From positions 191,828,001 to 191,892,000 of the forward strand of contig OX597814.1 of the NCBI GenBank assembly GCA_951406725.2: 64,000 bases of DNA, written 5' to 3'. This document shows positions 38,576 through 51,285 of the stretch, in pieces. Every line of letters starts with the position of its first letter. The stretch's first letter is position 1. Below the pieces are notes generated by a model. That model had not been told where the DNA came from. It did not search any database and saw only the letters and a list, made by a program, of their open reading frames with translations. This stretch comes from Octopus vulgaris. Taxonomy: Eukaryota. Made by a program: the position numbers and the translations under genes.

Positions 38576-38729
38576 TAAAATTATTCATTGCATTTTTTAA
38601 TTTGCCTACTGTCCTCAAGAAATTCTCAAGTTTTAAGGTCATTATAGTATAGTGTATTTGTATGAATAACCTAATGATTTTATTTCACCTTTAACTGTTT
38701 AATACATATTTTATGTTTTTTTATTGTAG

Positions 38730-38886
38730 AATTGTATATAGTACATTGTTCTTGGCTCATCCAATTGTTGGTTTCTGTCCTGGCTGGTATATATATAATG
38801 GCTTGCTGCTTACACTTCAGTTTCTCCATATAAAATGGTTTCTTATAATATGTCGGGTTGCTGTTTATGCTATCAGAACTGGAAAA
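38730..38886 (+). CDS. CERS: Ceramide synthase exon (last TM segments)
   Basis: TTATTGTAG acceptor, AAA|GTAAGT donor, 157 nt. IVYSTLFLAHPIVGFCPGWYIYNGLLLTLQFLHIKWFLIICRVAVYAIRTGK. Confidence 0.96.
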
Positions 38887-39437
38887 GTAAGTATCATTTT
38901 ATTTATGGACAGTTTTTTATGTAAATTATCATTTTCCTATTGGATCAATTTTCTCATTAGTAAATAATTGCTCGTGCTTCTAAATCCTTTGTGGTTAAAA
39001 AATAAAATATAAAGGGAACAAAAAAAAAATTACAGTTTTAATAATGTCGTGATCTCACTTAATAAAATATAAGCCACATACACACGTCTTTATATCTCTC
39101 TCTATATATATATATGTGGGGGGGGAGAGAGAGAGAGAAGGCACATGAGTTAGTGGTTAGATCATAATGTCGAGGGTTCAATTCCTGGTGACATGTTGTC
39201 CTTGATCAAGACACTTTATTTCATATTGCTCCAATTCACTAAGCTGGCAAAAATAAATAGTATCTGTATTTCAAAGGGCCAGCCTTGTTGCATTCTGTAT
39301 CACATTGAATCTCTGAGAACTGTCATGGATACACATGTATCTGTGGAGTGCTCAGCCACTTGCATGTTAATTTCATGAGCAGGCTGCTCTGTTGGTCTGA
39401 TCAAATGGAACCCTTGTCGTCGCCATAAGTTAGTTAG

Positions 39438-39495
<58 letters not shown>

Positions 39496-40990
39496 GTTAG
39501 GTGCAGACATGGTTGTGTGGTTAAGAAGCTTGCTTCTCAACTATGTGGTTGTGAGTTCAGTCTCACTGCATGGCAACTTGGGTGAGCATCTTCTATTCTT
39601 GTGAGTGGATTTGTTACACAGAAATTGAAAGAAGCCAGTTGTGTGTGTACACCCTTGTCATGGACATTGCATGATGGCTGTAAATGTGCATGTCCATCAT
39701 GCAAGTAATATCATGTTTTTAGTCTTCCATGAAAAACATGCCTGACCATGGAAAACAAATGAGGGTTGGTGACAGGAAGAGCTACAAGCTGTAGGAATTA
39801 CGCCAAAACAAAGACAGATGAATGAGGCATGTTCCAGTGGAAGGGAATGGTGGGTAGTAACTTATCCAACTTGTATGAAAATGATTGTTCATCTGTGTTT
39901 GCTTATCTTTCTTCCAATAATATCCAGTGGCAAAAGATGTAAACTAGTATATCAGAACAAAAGTGTGTTGTGGTGTTTATTCCACCCAAGTTACACAAAC
40001 ACTCCATTGTCACTCTTCACCTATAGAAAGGCAATGAATTAGCGATCAGATTGTTTGGAAACCTCTAATCCAATGATGCTATTGTTCACAGAATGCAATA
40101 TATAACTAAAACAATCTCACAGAGTTGTGTGCTCACAAATATGGCTAAAAGCCAAATATTGAAAGTAAATAATTGTCAGTGTTCTGATGATGTACATCTG
40201 ACTAATCCATCGAAATGAACAAAAACAAAAACAAAAAAAACAACCCCAACAATTGTGTCAGGAAATTGAAGAATATAACATGAACAAAGAAGCATATTTT
40301 GAGGATAATTCATATTGTTTTGGGTTTTCAGTTCATATTGTTTCAGATTTTTTTTTTTTTTTGGAGTTCTCTGTTTCTTATATCAATAGTACCGATCATG
40401 GTGGCTATCTAGCTTGGTTCAATTAAGAAAAAATAAAATCTTGTAGCCCTATAAATAGATTTATGTTTTGATAAAATCACTAGAACCTTTATCGATTGTA
40501 CTGCAGTTTTAAACTTTATAATCTTTGAGTAAAAGAGGTGGAGGTGTTGGTTCATAGTCACAGGCAGGCATTTCTCTGTGTCTCGGGTTCAGCTCCACTG
40601 TGTGGCACACTTGGGCCAGTGTCTTCTAATATAACACCAGGCTGACCAATGCTTTGTAAGTGAATGTGGTTGATGGAAACTGTGTGGAAACCTGATGTGT
40701 GTGTGCATGTGTGTCCTTGTCTTAACATAATGTAATGATTGTAAAGAAGCATCACTGCCAAACAAGCAATGTTGTTTGTTTCCAATCTTCCATGAAATGT
40801 GCTGCCATGGGGAAATATTATCTTGTTTGGAAACAGGTATGGTTTGGTGACAAGAAGGACACCCAGCTGTTAAAAATCTGCCTCAACAAATTCTGCCTGA
40901 CCCATGTAAGCATAGAAATGTGGGCATTAAATGATTATGAAAATTGGCAGTTAATAATCAGAAGAATAACAAGTGGGAGGTTCTATTCTA

Positions 40991-41800
40991 TCAGATCATC
41001 TTATAAGTTCTGTCCGAATTTTGAATAAAGAAAACAAGTGATCAAATGTTATATTTGATTGAAATTTAATCATCAATGTATACTTTCCCTGATTATCTAT
41101 GACTTCCTTCCATCTATTTACAAGCTTTTTAATCCCATCAATGTAAAACTCTTGGTTTCAAAGCGAAGAACTCTGAAATGTCAGTTTCGACCTCCCCCTG
41201 GCTTGCGAAAGTTATGTCCCCCAAATGATTCTGTAAACTACGAAACAAATGGTAGTCTGAAGGAGCAAGGTTGGGAGAATAAGGTGGATGAGGAATTTTT
41301 TCCCAACCGAGCTCTTTGATCTTCTGTGATATGATCTTTGCAGGTGGGGGTCGCGCATTGTCCTGATGAAACATCATTCCTTTTCGATTCACTAAAGCAG
41401 GTCTTTTTTTCTTCAAAGCTTGGTTCAAACGCTCTAATTACTGACAGTAGGCTTGAGCATTGGTTGTTGCATTAGGTGGTAACAATTCAAAGTGAATCAC
41501 TCCTTTGCAATCCCACCAGATAGAGAGAAGAACCTTTTTTCCACGAAGTTCCTTTCTCGGTTGTAGTTGAGCTTTTTCCCTTTTACCAAGCCACTGTTTA
41601 CAATGTTTAACATTTCGATAGAAGATCCATTTTGCATCACCAGTCACAAGTCTGTCCAAAAAGGGTGAAATGAGTTCGCGAGAATGGAGAGAAGAGTAGA
41701 TGTCAACTCGGGATTTGCGGTTGCTTTTGGACAATTCATGAGGCACTCATTTTCCAAGTTTAGAAACCTTTCCAAGTTGTTGAAGATGACAATGAAAGAC
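40991..41800 (-). mobile_element. Mariner element, 5'-truncated
   Basis: VPHEL, LVTGDAKWI, KVLLSIWWD, FHQDNARP and PHPPYSPNLAPSDYHLFRSL in ORFs 41138-41746. One TIR-like end at ~40991. Confidence 0.92.
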
Positions 41801-42254
41801 AATGTTTGTCTTGTTCACTAGACTTACTATATACAGTGAAAGAAATGTATTCTGTTCCAGTTTGTTGAATGATTGCTCCAAATAGTAAGGTATGGGAAGC
41901 AGATCATCATTAATCCTGTCACATCATATTTCCACTATTGCAGAAATATGTTAAACATCATCACTGTTGGATTTCTGGTAAAGCGGTAATGAACGACACA
42001 CAGGAAAAGATGTGACTGATTCTGTTCATTAGTTTGCATGCAATTGTTACTCTTGTGCTGTACAGGCAACTATTTTTTTGATCAGGAGCCAAGGTGGAGG
42101 GGAAAGACACAGAGGCCCAGGTCTGGGAGGGTTAAAACAAATATAGAGATGATAGCAATACTTGTTACTGAATAGTTACAGATATTCAGTGAAATATTTC
42201 TTTGCAAATGCACTGAATAACAAGAGAAACTTGCTTTTTTCTTTCTTCCAACAG

Positions 42255-42335
42255 ACAGAAGATCTGCGGAGTGAGACAGAGGAAAATGTCAGTGATGATG
42301 ATAACCATGTTCCTGTTACTCAGAAGTCTGGCTGA
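42255..42335 (+). CDS. CERS: Ceramide synthase last coding exon (stop TGA 42333-42335)
   Basis: Polypyrimidine CTTCCAACAG acceptor. TEDLRSETEENVSDDDNHVPVTQKSG*, matching the CerS D.RSD.E plus acidic C-terminal tail. Confidence 0.92.
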   Translation, partial: TEDLRSETEENVSDDDNHVPVTQKSG

Positions 42336-43463
42336 AAGCTTACTACAACAGAACCACCTCCTAAAAAACTTTAAAATTTGCCATTCTCATTTCTGTCATT
42401 ACCTCTTCAACCACCACCTTTACTGCAATTCCTGGCCAACCTTTACTAATTCTAACATTCACCCAATTTCTCTTATAACTTGATTACCTTGATACCTTTT
42501 CTTTCTTTTTATTTTTTTAACATCCTTTCTTTCACCTAATACTAAATTTTACCCACCATCACTATCTCTGTTGGTAGTGTTTGAAATACTCATCTAGTCT
42601 TTAAATCAGTATTAGGTAACAGGCCAGTGCTGTTTGCTACACATTTAGTTATAAAAAAAAAAAGTTTGATTTCAATAGTATGCTTTTTTTAAATTCTTAG
42701 AGTATTTCGATTATTTAACTAAACACTTTATTTGATTATAATTATATATCATGAAGAAATTTTTTTCTTTCTTTTTCTTTTCAAAATTTGAGAGAACAAT
42801 AATACAAGAATATTTCTTCATTTGAGTGTTTGCATTGTTTTTGTTTTGAAAGATGGCAGAATTTGATTTGAATATCTAATATTAATAGCATATCGTATTG
42901 TAGATAAGTATTCACAATGTTTATGCTATTGGAGTGCCATGTCAAAAACAGCTACGTTATTGTGTGTTGGTATGCATGTGCATATGTGTCTGTGAGAAAT
43001 AAACTTTGAGCTTAAAATCCAAACTGAAAATCATATAAACATAATTGTGTTCTTTCTATACTGTTTTGTTAGCTGACATATATATATATATATATATATA
43101 TGGCTCTGCTTATAGTACCTTCTGTTTGTAGTATTTAAATGTTTTGTCATGTTACATAGTCACTAAGGTACTGGGAACAATGATTTAAATCTAAATCAAT
43201 TAAATTCAACCAGAACTGCTTTCAACACTAGAAAAATACGGTAGGATGCATTAAATGTCTCTCATAGAATTTAAACTCTTCAATAGTTATAATGTGACAA
43301 GATTTTGTAATAATAGTTATTGTTAAGCCAACAAATCAAGAGGTTTGTAAGGACATCAACTCAGATTTGCAATATCCAAAAAGGTTTTCACTAATGCCAG
43401 CCACATTCATGGCATTTTACATCACTGAAACCACTAATTCTCTTGAGTATGGCACTGAATAAA
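42336..43463 (+). other. Probable CerS 3' UTR; true end unknown
   Basis: AT-rich, SINE-free stretch after the stop. AATAAA at ~42978 and ~43458 are candidate poly(A) signals. Confidence 0.45.
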
Positions 43464-46400
43464 TGTTGGCTTCTTTTGAAGAATCTCTCTAGATTTACAA
43501 CCGTTTTCCTCATTTGGCTTGTTGCTTTTGTTCCCTCTTTAGACTTTGGTTTGTGTTTCTGTCTAAAACTGACACATTACTACTTTCCATCCAGCTTGCA
43601 CTACTGCTGCTGTAAGTAATTTGCTAACTCATTCATTATCCTGGACAAGTTCTCTCTGCTTTGTGCTTTTTTTTTTTTTTTTTTTCCCCCCAAATTTTTT
43701 TTTCTTTCTCCAATAACAATATACTGTGACTTTCCTCCAAAACTTACTCTTTGATCGCAGCAGAGATGCTTAGTAACATAAACGACTCTGTCTAACTCAG
43801 CAGATTCCTGGTAACAGCATTACTTCCTTTTCACATAACCAGCAACCAGCCATTATGCATCCATCCACCAACAACTGGGGTGCAGCAAGGTGATGTTCGA
43901 CGAAGAATGTTGTTTTGTTTCAAACCCTTTTGCGTTATGTGTGGTTCTGTATGCATGTTCATGTGCACGTATGCACATACACACACACACACACACACAC
44001 AAATTTGCCCACTCAGATGTATGTACACTTACACACATACATAGAACGAAGGTTCTAAAACTGGTCTTTTACATGTTAAATGTGGTTTAAACTTTTCTGA
44101 AAAATTTTCTCCATCTAATCCTGTAATTTTTTTTTTTCTCCTCTAAAATAACTTTACCAAAAATATCCTTTCAATATTTTTCTGAAATATTAGAAATTCT
44201 ATCTTGCTTGAATCTTTTGTACTTTAATACATGGTTTAACATTAAAAAAAGCTCTTTTAAAATGGGTGAGGATTTGAGAAAATTTGTTAATTTTTCTCAA
44301 AGAAATTACTAAATTTTTTTTTATAATGTTTTGCCATTTTTTATTTATATTTTTTTTTAGATTAATGAATTATTATTATTATTACTATTATTATGATGGT
44401 GAGCTGGTAGAATCAGTGTGTCGGACAAAATGCTTCTCAGCATTTCTTCTGGCTTCACGTTCTGAGTTCAAATTCCGCAGAGGCCGACTTTACCTTTCAT
44501 CCTTTCGGGGTCAACAAAATTAGAACCAGTTGAGCACTGGGGTTGATGTAATCAACTAACCCCTTCCCCCAAAATTCCAGGCCTTGTGTTTAGAGTATAA
44601 AGAGTTATTTATATTCATAGGGTGGTAGGTTAGCAGAATTGTTTAAGTGTCAGAAAAACTACTTTACAGTATTTTTCCTGGCTCTTTACATTCTGAGTTC
44701 TGATCCTACCAAGGTCAACTTTGCCTTTCATCCTTCCACGGCCGATAAAATAAAGTACCAGTCAAGTACTGGGGTTGATACCATTGACCAACTCTGTTCC
44801 CCAAACTTGCTGGCCTTGTGCCAAAATTAGGAAGAAGTATTATTATTCATCTTGTGGGGGTAAAAGAAATAAACCACCAGCCAATTTCTGGGGGTTGATA
44901 TAATCAACAAATGTGCCCTCTCCCAAAATTTGACAATGTGCCAGTATTAATCCTTATTAATTCTGCCATCTTTGAATGAAACAAAAACTGAAACTGAAGA
45001 CAGCTACTGCTATAAGTTCCCAAGTCATACTGGCGTGTGTGTAATTTGAATACTTTTAAAACCTAGTCTTCAATTATGAGATTTTATCATTTGAACAGTG
45101 CCAAGAAATAACTTCCATTATATTTCAATTAAAATCAGCTTTTCTGTATATCTTTTTTCCGAAAAGAAATTTTTTTTTTTTTACAAAAAGAAGATAAATT
45201 AAAATTTTCTAAATATTTTCAATTACTCTTGGAATTTAAATCTCAAAAAACATTTCACTAACATTTTATCAGTCTTTAAAAAAAAAAAACCCAAGTCTAG
45301 ACAAAGATGCTAGTCTGACAGTGAAAAGAAAAAAATATTCTTTAAAAATATACTCTTTAAAAAAGAAATTAGGATTATATTTGCATACATTAAATCCAGA
45401 TATGTTTCCCCATATCAATATTGTTGACTGATAAAGTCTGTTTAATTAATATTTTACTACATTTATCTCACAATCTGCAACCACTTTACCAAATTCCACA
45501 CCATTGAGAAACTCCTCTTCATTTGATAGACTTGGCAAATACTTTATGTAAACTTGTTATATTATTTATATTCTATTTTATTATTCTAAATGGAAGCATT
45601 TTGAAAATCCACTGATTTAAATAAAAACTGATAACATTTGAAGAAAGTTCACAATCGAAAGTTTAACATTTCTCTAACAGAATTCAACAAGTTGATGACT
45701 TAAGCCTTACTTTTATTACAGTAATTATTTTGTGAAAAATCTATATTCTGAAACTTCCTGATTTATTGATACAAGATACAAAAATGTATACAATTAATCT
45801 TATAGGAGACCATTTCATGTTAGTGTCCAAACTTTTTTGTTTTTGAATGTCATCTGACATTTATGATAGCTATTATTAGGGTCCATTTCCTGCCCCCATT
45901 TTTACAGATTTTCCTTCATAGTTTTCTACAGAAATCTTCATTAAAACAACTTGTTTTATTTATAAACAGCTATCATATTTTTTTCATAGAAAACCTTTTG
46001 TATTAGTTGGAAACAAAAGCCTTGCCTGAAATTGCCTATACACATTCAAGTTTTCCCTGGACATGCTGCCTTTGTAATGAAGTGTAGTTGCTCTTGAAAT
46101 TACTTATATGCCTAATTAGCTTCATTAAGTTGCAATACTGTCAAATTTATTTTCTAAAAAACAATAAAAAAAAGATAAGAATTTGTTGCTAGTTTATTTT
46201 GTCCAATGACCAATGGTAGTAGACCTGTTTGTCCAATGGTTACCAGATTGTCAGAAAATTGTACCCTTCTTAATACCACTTGGCTTGTTTAGTTTTCTTT
46301 GTAGAAGTTCTCTTGAGTTGTTGTTTTGTTTTTTCTCCATTCCCTCCTTCCTCTCTTCCTATCGGTTAACTAGCAGAGCAATCAGTGTTCAAATGATTAT

Positions 46401-47489
46401 TTCACAGCTTTTCATCACATCCTTCCATTTTTCTCCATTATCACAAATGGATTAACTGACAATTATATAAATTCAACATTATTTTTTTTACTAAGTCCAT
46501 TTTGCTACCATTTCTTTCACAGAAAACCAAACCCATCTTGCACATTACTGAGATCTTTAATGAAACCATTCTATATTCCTTTAATAAGCACCTAATGGCA
46601 TGGGATGGAGAATATTCATTTCTTCATTTAAATGAAGACACTCTGTGTCGGATGTTGTCATTAGTATATTTTGCCACTTTTCTATTTAATACCTTAAACA
46701 TACATCAATGCACACAGTACTGTGCAAAGACAGATTAATAATAGTTAATTATTCAAACTGAGTTTTGCCTATAACTTGACTTCTTCCACTGCATGGTGGC
46801 CACTTATGATAGCAATACACACTCAGCTGATGTTAATTTCTGTGTTATGTGCAAATTAACATCTTTCCAGGCGCACTAATATGTACAGGTGCAGACGTGC
46901 CCTTACGTATAAATTCTTTTCAGGTTTTGTGACTTTTCGTAACTTGTCACAACATCCATGGTGGAGAATCATGTCTAACTGGGCAGGGGTCCATGTGATT
47001 TATTTATTCCTCATACGAAGGAAGTATAAATAAAAGGTATTTGTTTGTATACTCTGTTCACATATCAGTACTTGCAGATATATGTATATTTGGCCATCCT
47101 CAAAGTAAATACATACATTCACCTACAACTGACTAGACACTGATATTACATTATGTATGTGTGTGTGTATGTGGAGTTCCATTTATGCTTCCTTCAATTC
47201 ATATATTTTGTCTAATTTGAATGTATTTTGAATTAAATAGAATTGTGCATAACATACTGGATCCCTTGCTGACTGCTGCCAATTTGTCAGTTGGAAAGGA
47301 GATTATTTTGCAAATAAATCTTATTGTAATTTATTGAAATAAAGAAAGTATTTGTAGGAGAATTTCTCTATGAAAGTGTTTTGTTGTCTTTAACAAATAT
47401 AATTGTTTGCATGTTTTGTATTTCTCTCTACAAATTCTATTACCAAGCTTTTTCTATGCATCTGTATTTCAAATTGATCTGTTTTATTT

Positions 47490-47680
47490 AATGACCATCC
47501 ATAGAGCTTTTGTGAATCTAAATCAATTTCTTAATCATCAATATGGATTTTATAAAACCAGATCTACTGGAGACCTCATCTTCTGCATCAGTCATCAATG
47601 GGCTTTCAACCGAGAGAAATTTAGTGGAAACATTGCTGTCCTCCGCATCAGCAAAGTTGTTGATCATATCTGGCGTGTAG
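47490..47680 (+). mobile_element. CR1/Jockey-type LINE RT fragment
   Basis: NHQYGFYKTRSTGDLI...LRISKVVDHIW (cf. QYGFR..RST.DL....LDISKAFD.VW) in ORF 47407-47775. Confidence 0.72.
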
Positions 47681-47719
47681 GTAGGAGACATTTTGGCATT
47701 GCTAATTCAGTGCTGACTT

Positions 47720-48092
47720 ACTCTTTTACTTGTTTCAGCCATTTGACTGTGGCCATGCTGGAGCACCGCCTTTAGTCAAGCAAATCGACCCCAGGACTTA
47801 CTCTTTGTAAACCTAGTATTTCTTCTATTGGTCACTTTTACCAGACCGCTAAGTTATGGGGACGTAAACACACCAGCATCGGTTGTCAAGCAATGTTGGG
47901 GGTACAAACACAAACATATACACACACAAACATATATATATACACACATCTATACGACGGGCTTCTTTCAGTTTCCGTCTACCAAATCTACTCACAAGGC
48001 TTTGGTCAGCCTGAGGCTGCCATGCAGTGGGACTGAACCTGGAACCATGTTGTTCGTAAGCAAGCTACTTACCACACAGCCACTCCTATGCC
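47720..48092 (-). mobile_element. SINE family B copy
   Basis: Reverse complement of 10749-11140 with a small internal deletion. Confidence 0.88.
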
Positions 48093-48494
48093 TATTTGAT
48101 ATCAGACATTTTAATGTTTCTCTTGTTCTCTCCTTCCTCTTTCTCTGTTTGTCTTGGAGCAGATTTCTCTTCTCTCTTCTCACCTACATTGTGTCTACTC
48201 TGAAGCTGTGCACTAACCACCACCCAGCCATATGTGCTTAGAACAATGGCTGTCTGGTTTTCCAACTATATATTTAAAACGGTGAGCTGGAAGAATCATT
48301 AGCATGCTGGGTAAAATGCTTAGCGGCATTTTGTCCGTCTTTGTTCTGAATTCAAATTCCACTGTAGTAGACATTGCCTTTCATTCTTTTGGAGTTAATG
48401 GAATAAGTATCAGTAAGACACCGAGGTCAATGGAATCAACTAGCCCCCCTCCCCCAAATTTCAGGCCTTGTGCCTATAGGGTTGGATTATTATT

Positions 48495-48710
48495 AAGGCA
48501 ATGAGCTGGCAGAAACGTTAGCACGCCGGGCGAAATGCTTAACAGTATTTCGTCTGCCGTTATGTTGTGAGTTCAAATTCTGCCAAGGTTGACTTTGCCT
48601 TTCATCCTTTCGGGGTCGATAAATTAAGTACCAGTTACGCACTGGGATCAATGTGATCGACTTAATACCTATATTTGTCCTTGTTTGTCCCGTGTTTAGC
48701 CCATTGTGAG
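48495..48710 (+). mobile_element. SINE family A copy in a cluster of A-type elements (48278-48860)
   Basis: Family A head and core. Confidence 0.85.
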
Positions 48711-49426
48711 TTCAAATTCTGCCGAGGTCAGTTTTTTTTTTTTTTTTTTTTTTAATTGATCCAAGGATCAGTACAAGTATCAGTTGAACACTGGGGTCAA
48801 TGTTATCGACTCGTCCCCTCCCCTAAAATTGCTGCCCCTGTGGAAAAATTTTAAACCATTACCATTATTACTTTGTCTTACAAATTATTTGGTGACTACT
48901 AGTGCTGGTACTATGATAAAGCTCCTGGTACACTCCGTAAAATGGTTGGCATTAGGAAGGACATCCAGCTGCAGAAACCATTCCAAACCAGACAAAGGAG
49001 TTCAACCCTGTTGAACAATCCAACCCATGTCTGCATGGAAAACAGATGAAGGATTGCAATGGTGTTGATGCACAACTTTTTTTTTCTGCAACAGGTGACT
49101 GGCAACTGCTCAGGAGGAATGTTATCTGCATCAATCTCACCTGTCACAGAGTCTACAACAACTGCAGACACAGCCTTTCTTAACTACACCAATAAACTGA
49201 AAAAATATATAAAATATAGGGTTGGTTCTTTCCAGTTTTCTAATTAACACAAGATTAAATCTCACTTTTTGAGTAATAGTCTGGCATTATAGATTAAAGG
49301 TAATTCTGTTGTGTTGATTTAAGACAGTTTTGACAGAGCATACTAAGTGCAAACACTTTCCAATTGCAATCATCCATTTGTTTTTTAGGTATAGTGTATA
49401 TCAAACTACATTATCTGTTGCTGTTT

Positions 49427-49788
49427 GTTGAGTGAAGCGGTCTTCGTCCCAGCTGTAGTAGAAGTCCATAACGTGGTCCTTTGCTATTCATAAGACCCAC
49501 AGAAAAGAAAGCAGGTCAACCCCTGACACCGAGAGCATCAACGGATGGATGAATGCGCATCCAGGCTCAGCAGTTGCGTAGGAAGTCGGGGACAAGAAAC
49601 AGGAAGAAAGAGTGAGAAAGTTGGAGCGAAAGAGTACAATAGGGGTTGCCAACACCCCCTGCTGGAGCCTCATGGAGCTTTAGGTGTTTACGCTCAATAA
49701 ACACACACAACACCCCTTCTGGGAATCGAAATCGTGATCCTCCAACTGCAAGTCCGCTGCCCTAACCATTGGGCCATTGCACCTCCAC
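49427..49788 (-). mobile_element. SINE family D, tail type 3, with a 15-bp TSD
   Basis: Family D head at 49670-49788. TSD TATCTGTTGCTGTTT at 49412-49426 and 49789-49803. Confidence 0.87.
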
Positions 49789-50200
49789 TATCTGTTGCTG
49801 TTTCCTTAGGATCACTAATTAAACGTTCATCACATCACCTTATTTCATTTGACTGTTCAGAATTGCAGATCATTAGCCAAATAGACTCTGATAGCCTGTT
49901 ATTAACAGAGGGCCATAGCCGTATGGTAAGAAGTGTATTTCCCAACAACATGGTCTTCGGTTCAGTTCCATTGCCTAGCACCTTAGGAAAGTGTTGTCTT
50001 CTATAACCCTGGGCTGACCAAAGCCTTGTGAGTGATTCTTGGTAGACAAATTGAAAGAAGCCTATGATATACATACATATATATATATATATATGTATAC
50101 ACACACACACAAATAAAAATATATATACATATAAGAATTTTTTGTGTAATGAGATAAAAAAAACCAAGGCTGTGTAGATATTAGAACATTTATAGATAGG

Positions 50201-50250
50201 TCTTATAGCTGTTTCCAGGATATTTATTAATTATATCCCTTCATCAGAGA
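50201..50250 (-). ncRNA. Minimal type I hammerhead ribozyme in a probable Penelope-like element remnant, decayed
   Basis: Minus strand TCT-CTGATGA-AG-GGATAT(9 nt)ATATCC-TG-GAAA-CAGCTA-TA-AGA. Stem I TCT/AGA; stem III is one change from the CAGCTG palindrome. Confidence 0.6.
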
Positions 50251-50439
50251 TGGTGTGAGAGGATGGTTAAGTAATAGTTAGTTTAGATGTGATACAAAAT
50301 AGAGAGTGAGGTGGAGGAAAGAAAATAGATGTGAGATATGTAGGGATATTGAATTTGTACATCCATTTTTTAGGTAGAATGATATATAAGATTTATTTTT
50401 AAAAATCCAACAGCATTAAAATTGTTCAGTCCAAACATA

Positions 50440-51010
50440 TATATCACCGCTGCATCCTCGTTACATGTGAAAAGCCATTGCCAAAAAGAAGACTTACTGA
50501 AATGATTCATGATTGTTGCCATGTGATGCCCTTATATGACTTTTAAGCCCGGCCAAGCTTTTACACATTTTATTACATACTAGACAACTGTGCTGGCTGG
50601 TAGGGGAAACAGGTGCCACCATATGCACTCTCTTAACATGTCCTTTTTTGACCTCCAACTGAAAGGCACACCCTTCCACATTTTACATGTTCTGTTGTGA
50701 ATTTTAATAGCCACATCATTGTTTATCATGGGTCGATTTCTGTGAGAATTTCGATGGCTCACCAGGCCTGCACGACTTAAACATCTCTGCCCACAAACCA
50801 TACACATAAAAAGCAACACTTTCTCACTTTCCACAAGTTCCCTCCTTCAAAACCCCCTCCTAATTCTCTTATACCTTACTCTCTCCCTCTCAATCCTTGT
50901 ACAACCATCATGCACTCTCTTCCTCCCTCTCCCAATTACCAGCTGCAATTCTTGTCTGTATTAGAGCATTTTTAAGGCAATCCTTAAACCTTAGTTTAGG
51001 CTGGTCTCCT
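50440..51010 (-). mobile_element. 3' end of an RTE LINE with C-terminal C2H2 zinc fingers
   Basis: GDQPKLRFKDCLK (cf. RTE G.PK.R.KD.LK), then CMVCGQRCLSRAGLVSHRNSH and CLVCNKMCKSLAGLKSHIRASH across frameshifts. Confidence 0.75.
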
Positions 51011-51198
51011 GATATATATACACATATATATTATATACATATACACACACACCACATATATATATATAAGATAGATAGATAGATTCAGATGAATATGGTA
51101 CTTGAGTTGAGGCACCAGAATTTAGTACAGTATCATCCATACAATTTCAAAGTAAGATGATTAAAATCAAAATAAGCAACTAGGATATCCAGAGGTAA

Positions 51199-51285
51199 TG
51201 CAGTACGATCGTTTCATGCAACTCCATTTAATTGATCAATGCAACCATTACATCAATTTAAAATGCAGAGCAATCTTCAGCTGCA
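51199..51285 (-). ncRNA. Type I hammerhead ribozyme with long stem II and palindromic stem III
   Basis: Minus strand TGCAG-CTGAAGA-[TTGC...AATTGAT-GTAATG-GTTG-CATTG-ATCAATT...GCAT]-GAAA-CGATCG-TA-CTGCA. Stem I is 5 bp perfect, CGATCG is palindromic, cleavage triplet is GUA. Confidence 0.78.

Noticed and set aside
40181-40220. CTGATGA...CGAAA hammerhead-like spacing
   Set aside because: No proper stem II closure, stem III or cleavage triplet.
50494-50834. C2H2 zinc-finger ORFs as a host ZNF gene
   Set aside because: Frameshifted and contiguous with the RTE C-terminal motif; part of a LINE 3' end.
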